DNA of 64,000 nt from Chitinivibrionales bacterium. Lineage in GTDB: Bacteria > Fibrobacterota > Chitinivibrionia > Chitinivibrionales > WJKA01. The notes beneath the pieces are model-generated. The model was not told the origin of the DNA. It was given only the letters and a program-made list of their open reading frames with translations, and ran no database searches. The DNA lies in contig JBBRUX010000008.1 of assembly GCA_038247415.1 (NCBI GenBank), forward strand, positions 41,991-105,990. Reading direction: 5' to 3'. How positions within the stretch are numbered: position 1 is the first letter of the stretch; each line of letters opens with the position of its first letter. The translations under genes were made by a program, and so were the position numbers. Positions 31,323-41,211 of the stretch are shown piece after piece.

Positions 31323-32171
31323 TTAACCCTTAAGAAGCGATAGAACACTCTGAGGTGCTTGGTTCGCTTGTGAGAGCATCGCCGTTGACGACTGCTGAAG
31401 AATTTGGTTACGCGTGAACTGTGTTGTTTCATACGCAAAATCGGCATCACGGATAACTGATTCGGCTGCTGCCATATTAGTTTCCTGATTTTCTTGATTG
31501 GCAAGTGCATGTTCTAATCTATTGGTCTTGGCTCCAAGATCTGCGCGAAGAGTATTCACCATATTAAGCGCCGAATCGAGACTTGAAATTGCAGAAGTTG
31601 CCATGGCCTGAGTGGTTACCCAAACGTTCTGCGTGACGCTGATACCCATTGCTGTGCAGTCGACACCCGAAATAGTGATAAGAACAATGTCGGAGCCTGT
31701 CGTGTTATCGTTAGGGCCTACATGAATTACACCACCGGTTCCCCACGGTGCTGTACCATTAAGAAGTTTTTGACTATTATATTGTGTTCCGTTTACAATA
31801 CGGTCGACTTCGGTTCGAAGCTGGTCAAATTCCACCTGAATAAAACCGCGTTCTTTAGATGTCAAGGTGTCATTGGCTGCCTGGATGCATAGTTCGCGCA
31901 TACGTTGAAGCATTGATTCAGTTTCAACTAAGGCGCCTTCTGCTATATTAAGGAGGGACATTCCATCCTGCGCATTGCGCGTGCCCATGGCAAGTCCGCG
32001 TACTTGGGTACGAAGCTGTTCGGATACGCTTAAGCCGGCAGCATCATCGGCCGCGCGGTTGATGCGAAGACCCGTTGACAATTTCTCTAACGATTTACTG
32101 ATATCCCGCTCTACACTGCGAATCGAATTGCCGGTGATCATCGCCGGCACATTGTGATTGATACGTGGCAT
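31323..32171 (-). CDS. fliC: Flagellin (short, 282 aa)
   Basis: RINHN, LSTGLRINRAADDAAG, RDADFA, QSVLSLL. Confidence 0.97.
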   Translation of the reverse strand: MPRINHNVPAMITGNSIRSVERDISKSLEKLSTGLRINRAADDAAGLSVSEQLRTQVRGLAMGTRNAQDGMSLLNIAEGALVETESMLQRMRELCIQAANDTLTSKERGFIQVEFDQLRTEVDRIVNGTQYNSQKLLNGTAPWGTGGVIHVGPNDNTTGSDIVLITISGVDCTAMGISVTQNVWVTTQAMATSAISSLDSALNMVNTLRADLGAKTNRLEHALANQENQETNMAAAESVIRDADFAYETTQFTRNQILQQSSTAMLSQANQAPQSVLSLLKG

Positions 32172-32263
32172 AGTCCCCTCCTTACACTAAGTGTGCGTCC
32201 CTGCAGTCGGCATTATTACCTGACTGCCATCGTAGTCGTCCTGACTATACCTGCTTCCATGCA
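32172..32263 (-). promoter_or_regulatory. Flagellin 5' UTR with CsrA-type GGA hairpins
   Basis: Minus strand tgc-ATGGAA-gca, tagtc-AGGAC-gacta, tgc-AGGGAC-gca, plus AAGGAGG SD. Confidence 0.8.
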
Positions 32264-32275
32264 ATCAACTTAATT

Positions 32276-32291
32276 AGCAAAGGCTGTGCCA
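32276..32291 (-). promoter_or_regulatory. Sigma-54 promoter of flagellin
   Basis: Minus strand TGGCAC-AGCCT-TTGCT. Confidence 0.8.
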
Positions 32292-32373
32292 TAACGTAAG
32301 GTGTTGAATTTATTAGAGTTAATTTTCGGCACTGCGTAATGAGCTGCTATACATAGGAAAAAAATGTCACCTA

Positions 32374-33600
32374 CTATAAATAATTGACCAGGGATGGCTG
32401 AATAATGGTAGCTGCTGCTTTGAGGGCAGCTTGATATGCCGTTTGCGCAAGCGAAAATTTTCCTATGGTATCTGCATATTCTGCGTCTTCGAGATCCGAT
32501 TGGAGGCGTGATGTTTCTGTGTACTGGGATTCATTGCGATCGAGCGTTGTTTCGAATCGGTTGATGCGGGCTCCGTTTTTGCTTTGCGCCGAAAGAAGCA
32601 CCTTAAAGGAAGAATCTATTGTGCCAATGGATGATTCGATGCCTGCCCGATTATTATGGAGTAAATCTGAACCAAGGCCAATTGCTACATCGAGCAAGTG
32701 CTGTCCATTGGTTGAATCTCGCATGAGCTCGTCGGCAGTTATATTGATGGGCGTTATGATAGTATCTTCGATTTCCCGAAAGACATCTCCTGAAGCAACA
32801 ACCTTGTCGCCATAAATATCTCGGCCTTGTGAGATGTAATCGAACGAAACCTGAAAACCAGCAAGCGTATAGCGCCCTAAGGGCCCTGCAGCAAAGGTGC
32901 CACCCTCCGATACGTCAACTGCTAAAGCTGCATTGATGGGCGTTATGGTACCGGAAACATAATTGACGGTGTAATCGCGGCCTTCTACATAGGCAGTATT
33001 GCCAATTTTAAGCTGGAATGATCCCGGAATGATACGGGTGATTGGATCCAGAGTATCTGCTTGTCGCAGTTGCGCTGCCACACCAACACCGCCGGAGCCA
33101 TCAAAAAATGCCATTTCTTTTGAGGAATAGTTGAGTGCATTACCGCTTTGTGAAGTTACAAGAGGCAAGGGAGGAATTTTAGTTTGTGTGCCACCAAAAA
33201 TGTAGTCGCCTTTGTAGGTAGAATTACCAAGAGACACAAATTGTCGTAAGAGCTGTTCCTGCTCCTTTTGAATGTAAAGGCGCTCGTTTGACGAAAGAAC
33301 ATCATTAGAACCCTGGATAGCAAGCTCTCGCATGCGCTGCATGAGCGTATTCATAGAAAGCATTGCGGTATCGGAAACTGTCATAAAACTCATACCATCA
33401 TTGATGTTCGATTTGAATTGGCTTATCTGCTGCTGTTTAGAAATCAATTTTAAATCATTGGCAACATCAACGGGGCTATCCGATGGTTTCATAAGACGTT
33501 TACCGGTAGAGAGCATCTCTTCCAGATGACCCAGATCGGAATATCGCCGGTTGAGCGTTGTTTGTGTTTGTCGATTAAGTTCTCTAAAGGTAACGCGCAT
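32374..33600 (-). CDS. flgL: Hook-associated protein 3 FlgL
   Basis: LSTGKRLMKPSDSP, YIFGG, YQAALK..IIQPSLVNYL. Confidence 0.95.
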   Translation of the reverse strand: MRVTFRELNRQTQTTLNRRYSDLGHLEEMLSTGKRLMKPSDSPVDVANDLKLISKQQQISQFKSNINDGMSFMTVSDTAMLSMNTLMQRMRELAIQGSNDVLSSNERLYIQKEQEQLLRQFVSLGNSTYKGDYIFGGTQTKIPPLPLVTSQSGNALNYSSKEMAFFDGSGGVGVAAQLRQADTLDPITRIIPGSFQLKIGNTAYVEGRDYTVNYVSGTITPINAALAVDVSEGGTFAAGPLGRYTLAGFQVSFDYISQGRDIYGDKVVASGDVFREIEDTIITPINITADELMRDSTNGQHLLDVAIGLGSDLLHNNRAGIESSIGTIDSSFKVLLSAQSKNGARINRFETTLDRNESQYTETSRLQSDLEDAEYADTIGKFSLAQTAYQAALKAAATIIQPSLVNYL

Positions 33601-33612
33601 AGGAAGTCCTTT

Positions 33613-35322
33613 TTATGAAGCCATGTTCAAGAGGTAGTCAAGCATCTGGCTGGCTGTACTTATAACACGCGCAGCAGCTTGATACGAATGCTGAAACTTG
33701 ATAATGTCAGCCATTTCTTCATCGATGGAAACGCCTGAGATGGAATCCTGATGCTTTTCGTATTGATTGACAAGAAAGGTTCGAGTTTCAAGATTGGAGG
33801 TTGCTTCTTGACGTGCAAGACCGAGATGGCCAATAAATGCGCTATAGTATTGTACATAGGTGTTTGTGGGGTTGCCAAGTGCATCGGGTTGCATGGTGAG
33901 CCCCTGGCGAAGTTGTGCTATGGCAACGGCATTAGTATTATCTCCGGGACCCTTGAATCCGCCCGAGCGATATTGAAAATCGACATTCATCTGCCATCCA
34001 TCGTATCCGGCATGGAGCATTTGCACAGTTCCATGTGCATAATCGATGCGATAGTCAACGTTTTCTACGAGGGTTGCAGTTAAGCCTGTGAGGGGCTGGG
34101 TTCCTACCATGCGCACCGAGTTTTTAATAACATTGCGCGCTACATCGGCACCTGCTGCTGGCAAAACATTTGTTTTTGACAAGAACGTAGGCGCTACACC
34201 AAAGTTGAGCGCACCCGCACCAAAAACATTGGCAGGTGCAGCATAAGCTTGATTGCCTGTGGCAGCCGAAATGTTTTGTACATCTGAGCTGATCGATTCC
34301 GAAAGCGCTATATCGGATGCCCCTGTGGCATTGGGGTTAAAAAAATCTAGTCCTGTGTATCCCATTAAATTATAGCCGCGTTGGTGAAGATTATTGACAG
34401 AAGTCATAAGAGCTTTTGCAATGGTGTTAAGTTTTTCTTCGTATTCGGGAATAATGGTATCTCTACAGCCAAAAAGACCGTTGATGGCGCCACTTGTTGG
34501 GTTATAATTTTTTTGTGAGTCTTTAAAGCGTAAACCGATATTGCTTGCCTGAGTTCCATCGGGCATGGTGAATGTCGTGGTGGTGATTTCTATATCGCGT
34601 GAACCAACCGGAGAAACCAGAAGGTTTCCATTGCTTGTTACACTAATTTGCCCTTGTGAATTTTCTTGAGTATCGATATCAACAAGTGAGGAGAGTTCTT
34701 TTAAAAGGCCATCCCGTTTGTCACGACTATCGTTTGCCTTTTGATTATTAATTTCTACCGAACCTATTTCAATGTTGAGGTTGAATATTTCCTTGGTGAG
34801 TTCGTTGACGCTATCGGCATTTGCACGCAATTTTTCGTTTGTTGCAGCTTTGAGATTGCTGAGTTCTCCACTGAGATTATGAAACACATCTACCATGATA
34901 TCGGCACTGGTTTTTACCATGGTGCGCGCCGAAATATCGGCAGGATTATTTGCAAGGTTTTGCCACGAATCGAAAAACTTATCGACAAATGAAGCGAGCC
35001 CTGTGGACCCAGGCTCGTTAAAAATATTCTCTATTTGTTGCAGGGTGTAGTCGTACTCTTGATAGCTGCCCACCTGCTGGTTTTGTCGTTGAATTTGTTG
35101 GTCGATCATTTTATCGCGCATGCGGTCGATATTAATTACGTCAACGCCAAATCCCATTTGTCCATATTGACCGTCGGCACGATAATCGGCAGTCATATTC
35201 AGCCGTTTACGGGAATATCCTGCAACATCGGCGTTTGATACGTTTTGTCCTGCGACATCCATACCAAGCTGCGCAGCAAATAAACCGCGGGTACCAATGC
35301 TTAAGGTAGAAAAAAGTCCCAT
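33613..35322 (-). CDS. flgK: Hook-associated protein 1 FlgK
   Basis: QNVSNADVAGYSR, FNEP, SGVSIDEEMADIIKFQHSYQAAARVI. Confidence 0.97.
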   Translation of the reverse strand: MGLFSTLSIGTRGLFAAQLGMDVAGQNVSNADVAGYSRKRLNMTADYRADGQYGQMGFGVDVINIDRMRDKMIDQQIQRQNQQVGSYQEYDYTLQQIENIFNEPGSTGLASFVDKFFDSWQNLANNPADISARTMVKTSADIMVDVFHNLSGELSNLKAATNEKLRANADSVNELTKEIFNLNIEIGSVEINNQKANDSRDKRDGLLKELSSLVDIDTQENSQGQISVTSNGNLLVSPVGSRDIEITTTTFTMPDGTQASNIGLRFKDSQKNYNPTSGAINGLFGCRDTIIPEYEEKLNTIAKALMTSVNNLHQRGYNLMGYTGLDFFNPNATGASDIALSESISSDVQNISAATGNQAYAAPANVFGAGALNFGVAPTFLSKTNVLPAAGADVARNVIKNSVRMVGTQPLTGLTATLVENVDYRIDYAHGTVQMLHAGYDGWQMNVDFQYRSGGFKGPGDNTNAVAIAQLRQGLTMQPDALGNPTNTYVQYYSAFIGHLGLARQEATSNLETRTFLVNQYEKHQDSISGVSIDEEMADIIKFQHSYQAAARVISTASQMLDYLLNMAS

Positions 35323-35332
35323 AATTTCCTCA

Positions 35333-35833
35333 TTAGGCTATTTGGTTAAAGAGTCGACGCCGGATTGTTTCTGGCTCTTTGTGCCCGGGGGCATTGTAGC
35401 CTATTGGAGCGCTTGTGTTACGCGTAAAGATTTCCATGGTCTGTCCAAAAACTGATAATGATTCTGCAAGAAGGACCTGATTTGAAGCGTTGATTTCTGA
35501 AAATCTCTTAATGGTTGCTTTGAGCTTTTGTTGAATATCGGCAAAAAGTGTTTTTTGTTCGGTTCCTGCGCATTCGATAATGTTTGACAATGAGGAGTGT
35601 CGTGTCTGGATAACGCCCGGGAGTGAAATTGTATCACAAAGCTCTAGCCGTTGTTCTTCGAGATCTTCTATCTGACATGCGAGTTCGTCGTAGGCGATTG
35701 TGGTTGTCCTAACGCCCACAACATCCTGATTTCGTAAGCAGGTGTTCATGCGGATTGCGGTTTCGACAAGTTGCTGATGACACCGCAAAAGCGATGCTAA
35801 AAGCGCATGGAGTTCTGCAAGTTTCTCGTCCAT
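35333..35833 (-). CDS. flgN: FlgN-like flagellar chaperone
   Basis: Helical, LEEQR and N..N..L motifs; directly upstream of flgK. Confidence 0.75.
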   Translation of the reverse strand: MDEKLAELHALLASLLRCHQQLVETAIRMNTCLRNQDVVGVRTTTIAYDELACQIEDLEEQRLELCDTISLPGVIQTRHSSLSNIIECAGTEQKTLFADIQQKLKATIKRFSEINASNQVLLAESLSVFGQTMEIFTRNTSAPIGYNAPGHKEPETIRRRLFNQIA

Positions 35834-35844
35834 AAGAAATATCC

Positions 35845-36648
35845 TTAGTCTTTAAGTTTATTGGTATCGGTAAGATTAGCGTGCATCAAACGAATTTTCG
35901 CAACATACTCTTGGGTTTCTTTGTAAGGTGGTATGCCGTTATGCTTATCGACTGCACTGGGTCCTGCGTTATAGGCTGCAAGTGCCATATCAACATTGCC
36001 ATCGTATTTGTCTAGCATTGCTTTAAGGTATCGTGTTCCGCCCCTAATATTATCAGCCGGATCAAACACTCTTCTTACACCCATATCGCGCGCAGTTGAA
36101 TCCATAAGCTGCATTAACCCTTTGGCACCAACACGGGAGATTGCATAAGGATTTCCTGCAGATTCCGCAGATATTACCGATGTTATAAGATTGGGATCTA
36201 CATTAAATTCCTCTGCAGCCTGGGAAATTTCGTGCATATAATTTTGAGCGTTCTTCTTGAGTTGGGCATGCGATGAGCTCGCTTGATAAGCATTGGCAGA
36301 AGTGTTGAGCGTTGCTGCTGTTTGTGCGTTTTTCAGGTTTTTAAGGGCTGCTAGCGCTGCTTGCGCATCTGCTCCGCCGTTACGAGAAATGTTTTCGAGA
36401 ATCTGTTGCGCAAGGCCAAGGTTTGCAGTACGCGAGGTAAGCCCTGCATATTCGGTATCGAGCATGTCGGTATACATTTTTTCGGCAGTTGACGAAAGAG
36501 GGTTGTCACCAATTGTTGCGCGCATCGATTTAAACATCATCGATACAAACAACGATTCAAATTGTTGTGCAACCTGTTTTGCTCGAGCAACAGATTTGGA
36601 GTTTTCCGGCGCCGTCGAAGTGGCGTATGATGGTGATGGAACTTTCAT
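35845..36648 (-). CDS. FlgJ-like rod-binding domain fused to an SLT lytic transglycosylase
   Basis: AQQFESLFVSMMFKSMR (rod-binding); AES, GAKGLMQLM, AAYNAG, ETQEYV (SLT). Confidence 0.9.
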   Translation of the reverse strand: MKVPSPSYATSTAPENSKSVARAKQVAQQFESLFVSMMFKSMRATIGDNPLSSTAEKMYTDMLDTEYAGLTSRTANLGLAQQILENISRNGGADAQAALAALKNLKNAQTAATLNTSANAYQASSSHAQLKKNAQNYMHEISQAAEEFNVDPNLITSVISAESAGNPYAISRVGAKGLMQLMDSTARDMGVRRVFDPADNIRGGTRYLKAMLDKYDGNVDMALAAYNAGPSAVDKHNGIPPYKETQEYVAKIRLMHANLTDTNKLKD

Positions 36649-36673
36649 GGTGAATCCTTTCACAGTGGTGATT

Positions 36674-36689
36674 AGCAATTGGTATGCCG
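36674..36689 (-). promoter_or_regulatory. Sigma-54 promoter of the flgJ-N-K-L operon
   Basis: Minus strand CGGCAT-ACCAA-TTGCT. Confidence 0.65.
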
Positions 36690-36904
36690 AAGTATTTCTT
36701 GTGTAAAATCAATAGGTTAAAAGGTTTCTAACACAGAGCATGGGGAACAATTCGTAATGAACCCGGCTAAAAATTCCCTAGGTGCCTCGTGGGTGTTCAG
36801 TTCGATTTCTCCGATTTGACTAATCCGTGGGTGGTTGATCGCATTATATATTTAGATGCATGCCACTTGGATTTTGAATATCACAAACGAGAGTAGGAAA
36901 ACGC

Positions 36905-38368
36905 ATGGGGTTACGACAATCGCTTAAGAAGCCTTCGGTGTGGGTTTTCACAACGTACTTTGCAGAAGGCTTTCCCTACATGGTTGTGAGGGTTATGACA
37001 AGTGTGTTTTTTACTGATATCGGCATGTCGGAACGGTTTTTGGGCTATTTGAATTATTTGGGATTTCCTTGGAATCTTAAATTTTTATGGGCCCCCTTTG
37101 TTGATATTTTTGGATCTCGCCGTGGCTGGATGAAAGTTGTGCAGTCGATTCTTACGCTGCTCATGGCTTCTGTTGCACTATGGTGCTTTTGGAATGCTCA
37201 TCATCCGGGTGCGTTGCCGATATGGCTGATTATTGCGATTTTTGGCGCGATGGCATTTGTAGCAGCTACTAATGATATTGCAATTGATGGCTATTATATG
37301 GAAGGGATCACCGATCCAAAAACCCAGGCTGCTCTTACTGGGTATAGGGTTATGGCGTATCGGTTGTCGATGGTTGCGGCAAAATTTGGTGTTATCTTGG
37401 CTGTAGGAGCACTCACTAAAAGTGTTGCCGGAGGAAATTCTTATTTAGCATGGAGCTATGGATTTGGGGCATCTGCTGTTACTATGGCAATTCTCTCTGC
37501 ATACCACCTGATTGCGCTGCCTCGTATGTCTAAAGCAGATCCTTTAGGCGCACCTCGTAAAAAGGTGTGGCACGAATTTCTTATTTCATTTGCCTCATTT
37601 CTCGAGATCACTCCCTCGCGTGCTACTATTGCGCTTATTACTTCCTTGTCTGGAGGGATTGCTCTTTCAGGAATATTGACACTATGCGGTTTGCCAGTCC
37701 CCCAGATTGCGTCGTATAGCGTTCTTTCGTTTTTGCTTATTCTATTGTTGCAGGCTCGCGGCCCCATTATTCTTGCTCTCTTATTTATAATTTTTTACAA
37801 AATTGGAGATGAAGTAATATTTTCGATGGGAACGCCCTTTCTTAAGCGCTATTTACTGGTTACCAATGTGCAGCTTGCCTGGATGACTGGTTTAGTGGGG
37901 CTTTTGGGTGCAATTGCAGGGACAACGCTTGGGGGGCTTTGGATTAAAGCCACGGGGCTTAAAAAAGCAATCTGGCCTCTTACGCTTATCATGAATGTCA
38001 ATATTCTGGCATACGTATGGCTGGCTTACCATAAGCCTCTGGCCACCTCAATGTCGGGCTTGCTTATAATTGGCGCGGTGTATTGCTACGAACAGATTGC
38101 AGCCGGGCTTGGCAATGCCGTCATTATTGTCTTTATTTTGCGCACCTGTAAACCAGATTTTAAAGCAGGGCACTATGCAATAGGATCTGCATTTATGTCG
38201 GTCTTCTCCACCGTATTTGGCGGGATGGGTGGCGTTATAGTAGAAAATATCGGCTATCGTGGGCTTTTCCTAACAGGCTTTTTGGTATCGATTCCTTCTA
38301 TGGCGCTTATCTTTTTTGTTAAGATGCAGGATGAAGATGAAATTGCTGCAGTTGTGAAAAAAGAATAA
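36905..38368 (+). CDS. ampG: AmpG-like MFS muropeptide permease
   Basis: YFAEGFP, PWNLKFLWAPFVD, ATNDIAIDG. Confidence 0.85.
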   Translation: MGLRQSLKKPSVWVFTTYFAEGFPYMVVRVMTSVFFTDIGMSERFLGYLNYLGFPWNLKFLWAPFVDIFGSRRGWMKVVQSILTLLMASVALWCFWNAHHPGALPIWLIIAIFGAMAFVAATNDIAIDGYYMEGITDPKTQAALTGYRVMAYRLSMVAAKFGVILAVGALTKSVAGGNSYLAWSYGFGASAVTMAILSAYHLIALPRMSKADPLGAPRKKVWHEFLISFASFLEITPSRATIALITSLSGGIALSGILTLCGLPVPQIASYSVLSFLLILLLQARGPIILALLFIIFYKIGDEVIFSMGTPFLKRYLLVTNVQLAWMTGLVGLLGAIAGTTLGGLWIKATGLKKAIWPLTLIMNVNILAYVWLAYHKPLATSMSGLLIIGAVYCYEQIAAGLGNAVIIVFILRTCKPDFKAGHYAIGSAFMSVFSTVFGGMGGVIVENIGYRGLFLTGFLVSIPSMALIFFVKMQDEDEIAAVVKKE

Positions 38369-38505
38369 TTTATTCCCGAGTTGGTTTTAGGTGGCACATG
38401 TCCCTAATGTTAAGGCTTGCAAAAACACTACGTTTTTTTTGCTTCTGTTTAAATATGTTTTTTAAACACGAGGCACCTTTTAAAGAGAGCCTATTTTCGC
38501 TATTC

Positions 38506-38519
38506 TTGATCTACATCAA
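38506..38519 (+). promoter_or_regulatory. FNR/Crp-family binding box
   Basis: Exact TTGAT-CTAC-ATCAA, 75 bp upstream of the hemerythrin gene. Confidence 0.75.
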
Positions 38520-38594
38520 TAAATCTACCGCGTTTTCTGTCTATATTTCTTAACAACAGACCATACTTTTCTTTGTGTTGAAGGAGGATATACT

Positions 38595-39362
38595 ATGATA
38601 GAGCATTTGAATAGTTCAATAAAAGATATTATCGAACGATTCCCAGCACTCCAGAACGTTCTTGCCAGCTTTAATATTGGTTGCACTACCTGCGCTGTTG
38701 GCACCTGCAAAGTAGTGGATATTGTTGAAATTCATAACCTTTCTGAATTGGATCAGGAGAAACTTTTTAGGGCGATGGCAGAAATTATTGAGCCAGGAAA
38801 GCCGCTGGTAATGCCGCCCATTAAGCCTCCCCAGCCACAATCATTGGGGCGTGCTATGCTTTCTCCGCCAATTCGGACTCTCATGAAAGAACATGAACAT
38901 ATTTTACGCGTAATTGCAGCGATACCCTCATTAATTGACATGCATGGAATAAATCCAACCAAGGGAGAATCTGCTATTAGGCACGCTATTGATTTTATCA
39001 GAACCTATGCCGACAAATTGCATCATGCCAAAGAGGAAGACATCCTCTTTGGGTACTTTGACCAATCATCTGATATCATTCAATCGATGTATGCAGATCA
39101 TGTTCAAGGGCGCTTATATATTGCTTCGCTGTGCACTGCGCTGGATACCGTAGATCGTAGTGGAGTAGAAAAAAATCTCACGGCGTATGCAGCATTATTG
39201 ACAGAGCATATCCGTAAAGAGGATGAAGTTTTGTATCCATGGATGGATCGAAAATTGACAGACTCTCAAATAGGGCAATTGTATTCTAGGTTTGCAGAAG
39301 CAGATACTGCAGCTGGCGCAGCACTCGTAAAATATGTTGCATTTTCTCAATCATTTTTGTAA
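38595..39362 (+). CDS. Hemerythrin-domain protein with N-terminal Cys-containing (DUF1858-like) domain
   Basis: GCTTCAVGTC; EHEHI, HHAKEE, DHVQGR, HIRKED. Confidence 0.85.
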   Translation: MIEHLNSSIKDIIERFPALQNVLASFNIGCTTCAVGTCKVVDIVEIHNLSELDQEKLFRAMAEIIEPGKPLVMPPIKPPQPQSLGRAMLSPPIRTLMKEHEHILRVIAAIPSLIDMHGINPTKGESAIRHAIDFIRTYADKLHHAKEEDILFGYFDQSSDIIQSMYADHVQGRLYIASLCTALDTVDRSGVEKNLTAYAALLTEHIRKEDEVLYPWMDRKLTDSQIGQLYSRFAEADTAAGAALVKYVAFSQSFL

Positions 39363-39395
39363 ACTATTTATTCATTATAACAAGGAGAATGTACA

Positions 39396-40190
39396 ATGTA
39401 CGCAGAAACGATAGGCCTGTTTGCCAAAAGTGCACGCGATAAGGCTGTGTTTGCTAAAAAATCACCGGTTCACTATCTCTTTGCGGCCCTCTTGGCTGGA
39501 ATGTTTGTTGGTGTTGGTATTGTTCTTATTTTTTCGATTGGTGCACCCTTTGCCGATATTTCTTCTCCTGCTGTTAAGATATTAATGGGCGTATCCTTTG
39601 GCATAGCTCTTACGCTTGTAATTATTGCGGGGAGCGAACTGTTTACCGGACTTGCGATGTCGATGATTATTGGGATCTTAAAAAAGACCGTAACGCTCTG
39701 GGATCTTGTTGTTGTGTGGGTGGTGAGCTATATTGGTAACTTATTAGGATCGTTGCTCCTTTCATATTTGGTATTTAAAGCAGGGCTAACGCATAATCCG
39801 ATTTTTTTAAAATTCATAACACAAGTTGCATCAGCCAAGATGCATGCTCCGCTTGGAGATTTGTTTTTTAAGGGCATTTTGTGCAATATGTTAGTCTGTT
39901 TAGCGGTATGGATGAGCATGCGTCTTAAAAGTGAAGCTGCTAAAATGATTGCAATTTTCTGGTGTCTCTTTGCATTTATTGCCTGTGGTTTTGAGCATAG
40001 CATTGCCAATATGACACTTTTGTCGGTTCCGCTTTTTGCGGCCCACGACCCCACAATTATTTCGTGGGTTGGCTTTGCGCGGAACTTATGGGTTGTTACT
40101 GCAGGAAATATTGTTGGCGGTGGAATTTTGATCGGCGCGGTGTATACCTTTATTTCATCACGAAGTATTCCGGTTTCTCAAGCACAATAA
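39396..40190 (+). CDS. Formate/nitrite transporter (FNT), NirC-like
   Basis: GSELFTG, GNLLG, GILCN.LVC, GFEHSIANM, GNIVGG. Confidence 0.93.
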   Translation: MYAETIGLFAKSARDKAVFAKKSPVHYLFAALLAGMFVGVGIVLIFSIGAPFADISSPAVKILMGVSFGIALTLVIIAGSELFTGLAMSMIIGILKKTVTLWDLVVVWVVSYIGNLLGSLLLSYLVFKAGLTHNPIFLKFITQVASAKMHAPLGDLFFKGILCNMLVCLAVWMSMRLKSEAAKMIAIFWCLFAFIACGFEHSIANMTLLSVPLFAAHDPTIISWVGFARNLWVVTAGNIVGGGILIGAVYTFISSRSIPVSQAQ

Positions 40191-40194
40191 TGAG

Positions 40195-41211
40195 GTGACT
40201 TTTATGGGCGTGCAGTTTACGAATAAGCAATTTGATAATCTCCTTACTAATCTCGCGAAATCGTTTAGGGTATATGGCCCTAAACGGGTTGCTAAAAAAG
40301 CAGAATGTTCCGACGCCGATTATATTGGATACGGAAGCATTCTTACTGCTGCAGACCTTATTACGGAGAGTAAATCATACTTTTCACCAAAAGAATTCGT
40401 TTTCCCTCCCCGAGAAACACTCTTTGAATTTGAGGGGGGAGCCGAGTCGGTTCCACTCTGCGATGAGACCCCGATAATCGTATTTGTCCGTGCCTGCGAT
40501 ATTCATGGCATCGATCGGCTCGATCGACTTTTTTTAGGAAATGGCACTACACCCGATTTTTATTACCAACGGCGCCGCAAGCTCCTTCATTTTTTTCTTA
40601 TCGAGTGCACTTCGAGTTTTGATTCGTGTTTTTGTGGATCCATGGGAACTAATAGTGCAGATGAGTTTGCGGTTGCCTTGCAGTTTACTGGGGATAATAT
40701 AGTTCTAACAGTCAAGGATCCAACGTTTGTGGCGTATGTGGACGGTGCTGGGGTCGAGAGTACCTATGTACCTATTGTTACAACGAGCGATCAGATATCT
40801 GTTACTATTCCCGCTCCCGAAAATTTGACCCTGGAGATTTTTGATCACGACCTTTGGCAAGAATATACCCGTAGGTGTATTGCCTGCGGTCGCTGCAATA
40901 CTTCGTGTCCGACCTGTAGCTGCTTTACTATGCAAGATGTTCCGGCGGAGGGTTCAATCAGGGCCAAACGTCGTCGTAGGTGGGCAGGTTGTCATGTTGG
41001 GGGTTTTCCCGATATGGCGGGCGGGCATAGTTTTCGCAAGAAAAATGGTGAGCGTATGCGCTATAAAACATTGCATAAAATTTCCGATTTTAAACAACGA
41101 TTTGGTGTACATCAATGCGTTGGCTGCGGACGGTGTACCGATGTATGTCCCGAACTAATATCGTTTTCTCATTGTATCAATAAACTATCATCGATTGCAA
41201 AGATGCCATGA
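40195..41211 (+). CDS. asrA: Anaerobic sulfite reductase subunit A
   Basis: YFSPKE, RACD, CIACGRCNTSCPTCSC, MAGGH, CVGCGRCTDVCP. Confidence 0.92.
   Translation: MTFMGVQFTNKQFDNLLTNLAKSFRVYGPKRVAKKAECSDADYIGYGSILTAADLITESKSYFSPKEFVFPPRETLFEFEGGAESVPLCDETPIIVFVRACDIHGIDRLDRLFLGNGTTPDFYYQRRRKLLHFFLIECTSSFDSCFCGSMGTNSADEFAVALQFTGDNIVLTVKDPTFVAYVDGAGVESTYVPIVTTSDQISVTIPAPENLTLEIFDHDLWQEYTRRCIACGRCNTSCPTCSCFTMQDVPAEGSIRAKRRRRWAGCHVGGFPDMAGGHSFRKKNGERMRYKTLHKISDFKQRFGVHQCVGCGRCTDVCPELISFSHCINKLSSIAKMP

Noticed and set aside
36720..36900. Riboswitch or ncRNA in the flgJ/ampG intergenic region
   Set aside because: No recognisable aptamer consensus by eye; an Rfam scan would be needed.
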